64,000 bases of DNA. Source: Bacteroidota bacterium (GTDB lineage: Bacteria; Bacteroidota; Bacteroidia; Bacteroidales; GCA-2748055). The stretch lies in NCBI GenBank assembly GCA_030631845.1, contig DAOVKJ010000001.1, positions 480-64,479 on the forward strand. The letters are read 5' to 3'. The position numbers and the translations under genes are program-made. Shown piece by piece: positions 1 through 8,174 of this stretch. The notes below the pieces were generated by a model. The model made no database searches, had not been told where the DNA came from, and worked only from the letters and a program-made list of their open reading frames with translations. Positions within the stretch are counted from its first letter, which is position 1. Every line of letters begins with the position of its first letter.

Positions 1-83
1 AAATACTCTTCGTCAGATTCGACGTCCTTGATAAATCCATATCCTTTGGATTCATTAAAGAATTTTACTTTACCTTCTTTCAT
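1..83 (-). CDS. Cold-shock protein (CspA family), N-terminal fragment; the gene runs off the window start
   Basis: The reverse strand from ATG at 83..81 reads MKEGKVKFFNESKGYGFIKDVESDEEY. KGYGFI is the RNP-1 motif of the cold-shock domain. It is absent from the ORF track because it is truncated. Confidence 0.85.
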   Translation of the reverse strand, partial: MKEGKVKFFNESKGYGFIKDVESDEEY

Positions 84-165
84 TGTAATAAATTGATAAT
101 TAATAACAGTGCAAAAGTAATATAAATTAAAACCAAAAACACAACGACTATTAACATTTCTCTAT

Positions 166-825
166 TTACCTGGGAATCATATAGAAAAATACAGCGAAAA
201 AATGTGAAACTGTTCCGGCAAGCACCAGCATATGCCATACAAGATGATGATATGGGAACCGTATCACTTTGTAAAAGAAAATACCCAGGGTATAGCAGAG
301 TCCGCCAATTAATATCCAGAGACTCCCCATAAGTGGAAGTGTACGCATTACCGGTACGATGGCAATCAGGATCAGCCAGCCCATTACTGCATAAGATACC
401 ACATAAAAGGTGCTAACACCACCGTTAAAATCACCAGGCCGTGTCAGGATCATCACTGTCCCCACAATAGCCAGGCCCCATTCAATCCCAAAAATAACCC
501 ATCCCATGGGTCCATTGAGGGTAATTAGTGCAATGGGGGTATAGGTACCGGCGATCAGGATATAGATAGCGATCCGGTCAAAATTGAAGAATTTGTCTTT
601 GGCCCTTCCCATGGGAAGGATATGGGTTAAGGTGGAAGAGAGATAAAGCACGATCATGGATGCACCAAAAACAGATGTACTCACCACATGCCAGCCAGTT
701 CCGTTGATTAAAGAGAAGTGAACCATCAGTACAAGGCCGGCCACTGACAGCAGGGCTCCAAAGAAGTGTGAGACCGCATTTGCCAGCTCTTCGCCACGAG
801 TAAATTTTAGATTTTCCCCCATCAA
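166..825 (-). CDS. Hemolysin III / PAQR family membrane protein
   Basis: 219 aa and about 7 hydrophobic helices. The N-terminal motif is ELANAVSHFFGAL and the C-terminal motif is HHLVWHMLVLAGTVSHF, both typical of the Hly-III family. Confidence 0.85.
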   Translation of the reverse strand: MMGENLKFTRGEELANAVSHFFGALLSVAGLVLMVHFSLINGTGWHVVSTSVFGASMIVLYLSSTLTHILPMGRAKDKFFNFDRIAIYILIAGTYTPIALITLNGPMGWVIFGIEWGLAIVGTVMILTRPGDFNGGVSTFYVVSYAVMGWLILIAIVPVMRTLPLMGSLWILIGGLCYTLGIFFYKVIRFPYHHLVWHMLVLAGTVSHFFAVFFYMIPR

Positions 826-910
826 TATATATTTTCACCAAAAGTATATAACCCTGTGAAATGAGGCAGATTCAGCAGTCCCCGTATGACTGTTTTCATC
901 CCAAAATAAG

Positions 911-918
911 TATATTTG
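911..918 (+). promoter_or_regulatory. Candidate Bacteroidota -7 promoter box (TATATTTG) for the downstream histidine kinase
   Basis: TATATTTG matches TAnnTTTG and lies 35 nt upstream of the ATG at 953. No clean -33 TTTG was seen. Confidence 0.3.
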
Positions 919-952
919 TCTTATACCTGACCTGGAGAAGCCCTTTCAGCCC

Positions 953-2992
953 ATGAATAGAATTCTGATAATACTATGCATTGCATTCTGGCCCTTCAGC
1001 CATCTCTATGCACAGGATTCAAGGACCGACAGTCTTTTGAATATGGCTGTTGTGGTGACCGATAATGAACTGGCCACCACCTATTATGAACTCTCTCTTT
1101 CGCTGCAGGAAGAGTATCCGGACAGTGCCCTATACTTTGCCAACCGCGCAGAACTGATGCTGCAGAGAAACGATCCTGAATCGCTCCTCCCCTTTTTATA
1201 TAAGAGCAAAGGGCAGATTTACGAGAATAAACTGGTTACCGAACGCAGCCTGCTATACTACAAAAAGGCGTATGATGAGTTTATCAAGCTGGAGGATTAC
1301 ACCGAGATAGGGAGTTGTGCCCTGAAGATGGGAAATCTTTACTATGATATGGCCAATTTCAGTGAAGCCTACTTCTTCTATATGCAGAGCCTGAATGCCT
1401 ATGAAAGGGAGAATGACCAGCTGGGTATCGCAAGAATGGAGAACAACCTGGGGAATGTATCCTATGATATGGGAAGGTTGTCAGATGCTGAGATACACTA
1501 TCAGAATGCATATGGCAGATACAGCAATAACGGACTCGCCATCGAGGCTTGCGGAGCACTGGGAAACATTGGGTTGATCCTCTATGATAAACAGCAGTAC
1601 GATTCGGCCCTTAGCTACTTTCTGGAGGTGATCAGTCAGCTGGATACCGATTCCCTGGGTTCGGTAATGCATCAACAAATTTTATCAGGAGTTTATAACA
1701 ATGCAGCACTGACCTATTGTGATTTGAATGAACGACAGCTGGCTTTAAAATATTATAGAAAGGGACTTGAGCTGGCCATCAGGACAGGTGATCAGTATAC
1801 TGCTGGAACGGTATATGTGAACCTTGGATCGCTTTTTGGGGAGATGAAAAATCAGGACTCTGCGCTTTTCTATCTGCACAGGGCCCTGCGGATCGCCAAG
1901 AACAGGGGATTCCGATCCCTGGAACTTGATGTTTATGATGAGCTGGCCCAACTTCATGCCGGATTGGGTAGTTATGCTTCGGCATTTAACTGGCAACTGC
2001 GTTATGATACGCTATATAAGGCGGTTTTTAACGAGAATCAATCGGACCAGATTTCCAGGCTCAGGGCACGTTACGAGCAGGAGATCAGCGAGCAGGAGAT
2101 CCTTCAGCTTCAGTCAGAGGCGCAGGTCCAGAAAATGCTCAATAAAGTATTTGTTATTTTTATTGTGGTTATTGTGATCCTGGTGATTATTATTGCCATA
2201 AATCTCAGGTCGAAAAAGCGTACCAACCAGATGCTGGCAGAGCGTAACCTGCAGATCTCAAACGCCATACAAAAGCTCAGCGAATCCGAAAACGAACTCC
2301 AGAAACTAAATAAATCCAAAGACAGGATCTTTTCAGTGGTGGCACATGATCTGAGGAACCCGGTGGCTGCAGTAACGGGATTTTCGGAACTTCTTTATGA
2401 TAATTTTGAAGAATTCCCTGTGGATACGCAGAAAGAGTACCTCTTGCAGATTCTTCAGGGAACTCAACGGATACAAAACCTGCTTGAAAATCTCCTGATC
2501 TGGGCAAGATCACAGATGAAAGCGGTAAAGTATGAACCGGAGACCGTAAAGGTGAAAGGCCTGTTGTCTGAGTGTGTCAGGGAGATGAAGGCCAACCTGG
2601 ACCATAAGAAAGTAGATTGCCTGGTGAAGATCGACACCAGTTGTACGGTTTTTGCTGATAAGGCCATGATTCGTACGGTATTTCGAAACCTGATTATCAA
2701 TGCCATCAAGTTCAGTTTTCCGGGGGGGAAAATCAGGCTCACCTCCAAAACATCAAAAGATGGCTGCACGATTTTTGTTTCAGATGAAGGAATCGGAATT
2801 CAGCCTGAAATTCAGGAGAAGCTTTTCACTGCCAATGAAGTGGTCTCCACACCGGGTACAACGGGGGAATCCGGATCGGGGCTGGGGCTGGTGATCTGTA
2901 AGGAATTTCTGGAACGGAACAAGGGTATGATCACAGTTGAGAGTGAACCGGGCAATGGCTCTATATTCATTGTAAGCCTCCCAGCTCTGTAG
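953..2992 (+). CDS. TPR-repeat sensor histidine kinase (signal peptide, TPR array, one TM helix, HisKA, HATPase_c)
   Basis: The H-box is SVVAHDLRNPVAAV. The G-boxes are DEGIGI and GSGLGLVICKEF. A hydrophobic segment VFVIFIVVIVILVIIIAI precedes the kinase core, and the N-terminal half has TPR-like repeats. Confidence 0.9.
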   Translation: MNRILIILCIAFWPFSHLYAQDSRTDSLLNMAVVVTDNELATTYYELSLSLQEEYPDSALYFANRAELMLQRNDPESLLPFLYKSKGQIYENKLVTERSLLYYKKAYDEFIKLEDYTEIGSCALKMGNLYYDMANFSEAYFFYMQSLNAYERENDQLGIARMENNLGNVSYDMGRLSDAEIHYQNAYGRYSNNGLAIEACGALGNIGLILYDKQQYDSALSYFLEVISQLDTDSLGSVMHQQILSGVYNNAALTYCDLNERQLALKYYRKGLELAIRTGDQYTAGTVYVNLGSLFGEMKNQDSALFYLHRALRIAKNRGFRSLELDVYDELAQLHAGLGSYASAFNWQLRYDTLYKAVFNENQSDQISRLRARYEQEISEQEILQLQSEAQVQKMLNKVFVIFIVVIVILVIIIAINLRSKKRTNQMLAERNLQISNAIQKLSESENELQKLNKSKDRIFSVVAHDLRNPVAAVTGFSELLYDNFEEFPVDTQKEYLLQILQGTQRIQNLLENLLIWARSQMKAVKYEPETVKVKGLLSECVREMKANLDHKKVDCLVKIDTSCTVFADKAMIRTVFRNLIINAIKFSFPGGKIRLTSKTSKDGCTIFVSDEGIGIQPEIQEKLFTANEVVSTPGTTGESGSGLGLVICKEFLERNKGMITVESEPGNGSIFIVSLPAL

Positions 2993-3001
2993 CAGATCCC
3001 T

Positions 3002-3535
3002 CTATTTCAGCTTCTCATTGAAAATTTTCTCAAACTTCTCCAACTTGGGAGTAATTACCAGCCGGCAGTATCCCTGATTTGGATTGTTTTCAAAATACTC
3101 TTGATGGTAAGCTTCAGCGCTGTAAAAAACTTCAAAAGGTTCCACTTTGGTTACGATGGGATTGCTCCATATCCCCTCTGAATCGAGCTGCTGGATAACC
3201 TGTTGGGTAAGCTTCTTCTGCTGCTCATCGTGATACAACACAATGGATCGATACTGGGTGCCCACATCTGCCCCCTGCCGGTTCAGTGTGGTAGGATCGT
3301 GGGTTTTAAAAAAGATCTCCAAAAGCTCAAGAAAAGAGACCGATTCCGGATCAAAGGTGACCTGTACCACCTCGGCATGGCCGGTGGCACCAGAGGTAAC
3401 CATTTTATAATCGGGATTGGCAACATCTCCACCCGAATATCCCGATTCTACCTGATGTACACCATTTACACGTTCAAAGATCGCTTCCAGACACCAGAAG
3501 CAGCCACCACCAAAAGTTGCAATGTAGTTTATCAT
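3002..3535 (-). CDS. msrA: Peptide-methionine (S)-S-oxide reductase
   Basis: 177 aa with the N-terminal GGGCFWC active-site motif and HDPTTLNRQG. Confidence 0.95.
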   Translation of the reverse strand: MINYIATFGGGCFWCLEAIFERVNGVHQVESGYSGGDVANPDYKMVTSGATGHAEVVQVTFDPESVSFLELLEIFFKTHDPTTLNRQGADVGTQYRSIVLYHDEQQKKLTQQVIQQLDSEGIWSNPIVTKVEPFEVFYSAEAYHQEYFENNPNQGYCRLVITPKLEKFEKIFNEKLK

Positions 3536-3607
3536 TCTATATTAACCATATCGGTCCCATTTTGTTTGGAGGTGGAATTCATCGCATTTTCGTTGTAACT
3601 TTATCTC

Positions 3608-4627
3608 ATGCAGGAGGCTTTATATTACAAGCAACTGGAGAAACAGATGATACAGTGCCTGCTTTGCCCGCACAGATGCAAAATTGAAGCAGGTCAGTAC
3701 GGACTGTGCAAGACACGCGTAAACAGGGGTGGGAAATTGTTTACTGAGAGTTACGGGATTCTATCTTCAATCTCTACGGATCCAGTGGAGAAGAAACCGC
3801 TCTATCATTTCCAACCGGGTCGCACCATTCTATCCATAGGTAGTTTTGGCTGTAACCTGACCTGTGATTTTTGTCAGAATTGTGAAATCTCCCAGATTGA
3901 TCACAGGATTTTTTCACGTCATTCTTTCAGGGATCCGGAAGATATTGTAAACAAGGCAATTATGCACCAAAACAACATTGGCCTGGCTTATACCTATAAT
4001 GAACCCACTGTCTATTTTGAGTACATGATCAGATGTGCTACACTGATCAAAGAGCACAATCTGAGTAATGTCATGGTTACCAATGGTTATATTAATCCCT
4101 CTCCACTGGAGGACCTTTTTCCTTATATGGATGCCTTCAATGTGGATTTGAAATCGTTCAGGAATCTCTTCTATAAAAAACATACTGGAGCCAGCCTGCA
4201 CCCTGTGCTTAAAACTATCAGCAGCATTGCTAAATCGGGGCGACATCTGGAGTTGACTTTCCTGATTATACCTGACCATAATGATGATGAAAAGGAGTGG
4301 AAGGAGATGATCAAATGGATATCAGACAACTGTGGCAGAGAAACCGTTCTGCACGTTAGCAGGTACTATCCCTATTATCATATGACCAAGCCTCCTACTC
4401 CACTCTCTACAATAGAACAGTTTCTGGAGCTGGCCAGAGCACAGATCGATTATGTTTATCCTGGCAATACACCGCAACTTGACAACCACACTTACTGTCC
4501 CGCATGCGGAAACCTATTGATTGAAAGATTTCTGTATGACGCTACCGTGAAGGGTATCGGACCAGGCGGAAATTGTACAAGTTGCAACAATGCAATTGTT
4601 GGAGTCTATAAAGAAGAAGTGTTATGA
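3608..4627 (+). CDS. AmmeMemoRadiSam system radical SAM enzyme
   Basis: The radical-SAM cluster motif is CNLTCDFC (CxxxCxxC). An N-terminal Cys-rich motif reads CLLCPHRC...GLC. The gene is followed by coupled Memo-like and AMMECR1 genes. Confidence 0.85.
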   Translation: MQEALYYKQLEKQMIQCLLCPHRCKIEAGQYGLCKTRVNRGGKLFTESYGILSSISTDPVEKKPLYHFQPGRTILSIGSFGCNLTCDFCQNCEISQIDHRIFSRHSFRDPEDIVNKAIMHQNNIGLAYTYNEPTVYFEYMIRCATLIKEHNLSNVMVTNGYINPSPLEDLFPYMDAFNVDLKSFRNLFYKKHTGASLHPVLKTISSIAKSGRHLELTFLIIPDHNDDEKEWKEMIKWISDNCGRETVLHVSRYYPYYHMTKPPTPLSTIEQFLELARAQIDYVYPGNTPQLDNHTYCPACGNLLIERFLYDATVKGIGPGGNCTSCNNAIVGVYKEEVL

Positions 4628-5454
4628 GAATTCGAAGCGCAGCGGTGGAAGGGCGATTTTATCCCTCCACGAAAAGCAGGATTTTTGATCAGATTATGGA
4701 GATTGAACAATCGGGCAGGTATCCGGAACCGGACCTGTCGCCCAACCAGGTATTTGGTGCAGTACTGCCTCATGCAGGGCATCTCTATTCAGGTTACCAG
4801 ACCATCCCGTTTTTTCAACTTATAAGAAGGCACAGGATTTTCCCCGATACATTTGTTATTGTACATCCAAACCATTCGGGTCATGGCACCCCCCTGGCCA
4901 TTGATGAGTCGGCGCTCTGGTCCAATGCCATTGGAGAGGTACCAGTAGATATTGAATTGGCCGGCGCCATGGAGCTTCCATTTGATAAAAGAGCCCATGC
5001 CAGGGAACACTCTGCTGAGGTGATCATACCGTTTATTCAATACTTTCTTTCCGACCATCAGTTTTCCATTGTACCTGTATGCATGATGGACCAGACACAT
5101 AAAAATGCATCCCTTGTTGCAGAAAGGATTAACCAGGGAGTTGCCCGAACGGGAAGGAGTATCATGGTCATTGCTTCGTGCGACTTTTCACACTTCCTCC
5201 CTCCTGCTGAGGGACAGGAACAGGATCAGTTTATTCTTGACAGCATTCTGAACCGCAATGCTGCCGGAGTTGAGCGTGCCGTAATAGAGAACCGTGTATC
5301 GGTGTGTGGTTATGGTCCCATTATGTCACTGATGGAGTATGCCGGTTCCAAATCGCCGGATTATCAGATTGAGATTCTGGCACGGGGGCATTCAGGAGAG
5401 GTCTCTCCCTCCCCCGAAGTGGTGGATTACATTTCACTTATAGCTTACAAATGA
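4624..5454 (+). CDS. AmmeMemoRadiSam system protein B (Memo-like)
   Basis: LPHAGHLYSG is a Memo-type motif. The start overlaps the upstream stop by 4 nt. Confidence 0.85.
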   Translation: MRIRSAAVEGRFYPSTKSRIFDQIMEIEQSGRYPEPDLSPNQVFGAVLPHAGHLYSGYQTIPFFQLIRRHRIFPDTFVIVHPNHSGHGTPLAIDESALWSNAIGEVPVDIELAGAMELPFDKRAHAREHSAEVIIPFIQYFLSDHQFSIVPVCMMDQTHKNASLVAERINQGVARTGRSIMVIASCDFSHFLPPAEGQEQDQFILDSILNRNAAGVERAVIENRVSVCGYGPIMSLMEYAGSKSPDYQIEILARGHSGEVSPSPEVVDYISLIAYK

Positions 5455-6011
5455 TATTTTCAGGACCGGAGAAAAGAACCTTGCTTGCAATGGCAGTTAA
5501 CGCCATTGCTGAGAGGGTCGATACCATGAAGAGCCCCTCTTCCCCTTTAAAGGGTTTGACAGAAACACTGGAGATCAGATGTGGTGCATTTGTATCGCTC
5601 TATGTGGATCACCATCTCAGGGGATGTATTGGAACGTTTTCTGAAGAAGAGCCTCTATATAAAAATGTGACAAAGATGGCTGTTTCTGCAGCTATCGATG
5701 ATTCAAGATTTACCTCCATTCATCCTGATGAACTCTCCCGGCTCGAACTTGAGATCAGCATCCTGACTCCTCGCCAGAGAATCTATGATCCTTCAGAAAT
5801 TGTTATTGGGAAACATGGCATTTACATAAAGCATGGAGCCAACAGGGGTACCCTGCTGCCTCAGGTGGCTGTCAAGCAGGATTGGTCCATTAAAGAATTT
5901 CTGGGTAATTGTTCCAAGTATAAGGCCGGAATTGGTTGGGATGGATGGAAAGCAGCCGAACTTTATACCTACGAAGCCATTATATTCAAATCTGACAGGT
6001 CTTACTCATAA
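5451..6011 (+). CDS. AmmeMemoRadiSam system protein A (AMMECR1 domain)
   Basis: GAFVSLYVDHHLRGCIGT matches the AMMECR1 LRGCIG signature. The start overlaps the upstream stop by 4 nt. Confidence 0.85.
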   Translation: MIFSGPEKRTLLAMAVNAIAERVDTMKSPSSPLKGLTETLEIRCGAFVSLYVDHHLRGCIGTFSEEEPLYKNVTKMAVSAAIDDSRFTSIHPDELSRLELEISILTPRQRIYDPSEIVIGKHGIYIKHGANRGTLLPQVAVKQDWSIKEFLGNCSKYKAGIGWDGWKAAELYTYEAIIFKSDRSYS

Positions 6012-6060
6012 CTGTTAAGAATCTTTAAAAAAGAGACCATCTGAATACTTTATTTGTAAT

Positions 6061-6101
6061 TACGAAAAACTTCGTATATATTTGCTACGAAACATTTCGT
6101 A
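6061..6101 (+). promoter_or_regulatory. Two dyad operators upstream of the BlaI-family repressor gene
   Basis: The dyads are TACGAA-aaac-TTCGTA (6061..6076) and TACGAAA-ca-TTTCGTA (6086..6101). They sit 10 nt apart, directly upstream of the ATG at 6109. Confidence 0.6.
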
Positions 6102-6108
6102 TAATACA

Positions 6109-6474
6109 ATGAAACCTACAGACAGTGAAATGGAGATCCTCCAGCTGCTCTGGGAACATGGTCCCCTGACGGTAAGAGAATTAAATGATAAGCTCAATCA
6201 ACAGCGAAGGGTGGGTTATACCACTTCGTTAAAGATGATGCAGATCATGACCGAAAAAGGGTTGCTTACACGGGATACCGCTCTTCGTTCTCATATCTAT
6301 GCTTCTGCCCTACGGCCGGAAGATGTACAATCGAATATCCTGGATCATGTATTGAAAACTGTTTTCATGGGTGATCGGTCAAGACTTGTAATGCAGGCAC
6401 TGGGCAATCACAAAGTTACCACTGAGGAGTTATCAGAGCTCAAAGCACTTATTCAAAAAATGGAGGAGAAATAA
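6109..6474 (+). CDS. BlaI/MecI/CopY family winged-helix transcriptional repressor
   Basis: The protein reads MKPTDSEMEILQLLWEHGPLTVRELNDKL..., which fits the penicillinase-repressor fold. I prefer the ATG at 6109 to the track's TTG at 6082, which lies inside the operator. Confidence 0.85.
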   Translation: MKPTDSEMEILQLLWEHGPLTVRELNDKLNQQRRVGYTTSLKMMQIMTEKGLLTRDTALRSHIYASALRPEDVQSNILDHVLKTVFMGDRSRLVMQALGNHKVTTEELSELKALIQKMEEK

Positions 6475-6475
6475 A

Positions 6476-7909
6476 ATGGACCTTGTTGATGGTACCGGTA
6501 TATGGATGGTAGCAATGGGGAAAACCATTATGCACAGTTTATGGATCGGACTGCTGATCCTTGCCCTGCTTCGGGTAGCCCTGCTCCATATTCCACTGGA
6601 ATTTTCCAACCTGCGTTACAGGATCTCCGTTTCAGCCTTGCTCCTTCTGCTTTGTTCGGTTATTGTAGCGTTTATCGTGCTGTATGAACCCATAGCACCC
6701 ATTCAGGAGTCACTTGTCTCTCAGGGTTTAATCCCTCCTATTTCCTGGAACCTTCTGGTTGAGGCCAATGGTCATCCAGGAATCTATATCCACCACATAT
6801 TTATCATTTTTGGATACCTTTATATTGCTGGTGCCCTTGCCATGCTGTTCCGTTCCGCTGCTTCACTGGGGTATGTCAGGAGGATGCGAAACAGTGGAGC
6901 CCGGATTGGTCCGGAGTGGCAGGACCGGTTTTCGCGGATCAGCCTATCGATGGGTATCAGGCGTCCCGTTGACCTCCTCGAGTCTGCCAGAATAAAGGGT
7001 CCTCTGCTTGTTGGTTTTCTAAAACCGGCAGTTATTGTACCTGCGGGAATGATCACAAACCTTCCTGTCAGTCAGATCGAGACCATACTAATGCATGAGC
7101 TTTATCATCTGAAAAGGAGGGACTACCTGGTCAATATCATGCAACTTTTTATTGAAGGAGTACTCTTTTATCATCCGGCCGTATGGATCATATCGGGAAT
7201 CGTACGGAACGAGAGAGAACATTGCTGTGACGACGGGGTAATACATAAGACCGATAATCCGGTGAATTATGCTAAAGCCTTAATTCATATAGCAGAACAA
7301 CAGCAGTATACCCGACTGGTTCCGGGGGCGGTCGGCACAACGAAACATCATTTAAAATTCCGGATCAATAGAATCTTAAACAGAAATACCATGAAAACAA
7401 ATATGCGTGACAGAGTAATATCCCTCGCCCTTCTGGCGGGAAGTGTTATTATATTACTGACAGTAAGCGGTTTCAGCGCGGGGCCCTCATTTGTCAGGTC
7501 CAACAACATGAAGAGTGAGATGATTACCATACCGGTTGAACAGGCGGTGATAACAGTTGCCGATACTATTCCCCAGAAAACCCAGGAAGCAGAGAAGGAG
7601 GAGGCTCTGGAGGAGCTAGAAGCTGCCCACGCGGAAGCGTTGAAGGAGATTGAGGAGATTGACTGGGAGGAGATAAAGGAGGAGATGGAAGCTGCCCGTC
7701 TGGAAGCCCTTGAAGAGATTGAGGAGATTGACTGGGAGGAGATAAAGGAGGAGATGGAGAAAAGCTTCTCTGAGATGAAGATTGATATGGAGGAGATGAA
7801 AAGAGAGATTGAAAAATCAATGAAAGAGATTAATTGGGATGAGATCAGAAAAGATGTGTTAGAATCAATGGCTCTCCTCGATTCAATACAGATTGAATTG
7901 AATCACTAA
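6476..7909 (+). CDS. BlaR1-like M56 family membrane metalloprotease / signal transducer with an acidic repeat tail
   Basis: The zinc motif is HELYHLKRRD. There are N-terminal TM helices. The gene starts 1 nt after the blaI-family stop. The C-terminus is a Glu-rich coiled-coil-like region rather than a penicillin-binding domain. Confidence 0.85.
   Translation: MDLVDGTGIWMVAMGKTIMHSLWIGLLILALLRVALLHIPLEFSNLRYRISVSALLLLLCSVIVAFIVLYEPIAPIQESLVSQGLIPPISWNLLVEANGHPGIYIHHIFIIFGYLYIAGALAMLFRSAASLGYVRRMRNSGARIGPEWQDRFSRISLSMGIRRPVDLLESARIKGPLLVGFLKPAVIVPAGMITNLPVSQIETILMHELYHLKRRDYLVNIMQLFIEGVLFYHPAVWIISGIVRNEREHCCDDGVIHKTDNPVNYAKALIHIAEQQQYTRLVPGAVGTTKHHLKFRINRILNRNTMKTNMRDRVISLALLAGSVIILLTVSGFSAGPSFVRSNNMKSEMITIPVEQAVITVADTIPQKTQEAEKEEALEELEAAHAEALKEIEEIDWEEIKEEMEAARLEALEEIEEIDWEEIKEEMEKSFSEMKIDMEEMKREIEKSMKEINWDEIRKDVLESMALLDSIQIELNH
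7619..7756 (+). repeat. 69-bp tandem duplication (2 copies) inside the BlaR1-like gene
   Basis: Segments 7619..7687 and 7688..7756 are near-identical. Each encodes EAA(H/R)..EAL.EIEEIDWEEIKEEM. Confidence 0.9.
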
Positions 7910-8010
7910 GATTTGGATTTTAAAATATAACCTCTATATTTGCTTGCACAGAACTGTTACAGACTAACACTAGATAGTCACTAACCCTAAAACTAAATCT
8001 GTAAAAGAGG

Positions 8011-8047
8011 ATCCCGGTTCCACAAAGAACCGGGATTTTCTTTTTTA
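8011..8047 (+). terminator. Rho-independent terminator after the BlaI/BlaR1 operon
   Basis: A perfect 10-bp stem pairs ATCCCGGTTC with GAACCGGGAT around the loop CACAAA. A T-rich run TTTTCTTTTTT follows. Confidence 0.85.
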
Positions 8048-8174
8048 TTTTATCCGGTTGATTTGCAACTATTTGTATCTAAGTCTCGTTGAATGTAAAA
8101 GCTACACTTAATGTTTTTGGCATTGATTTTGAACTTAAGTAAGCAAATATGTAAAACATTAAAACCGGGAAATC

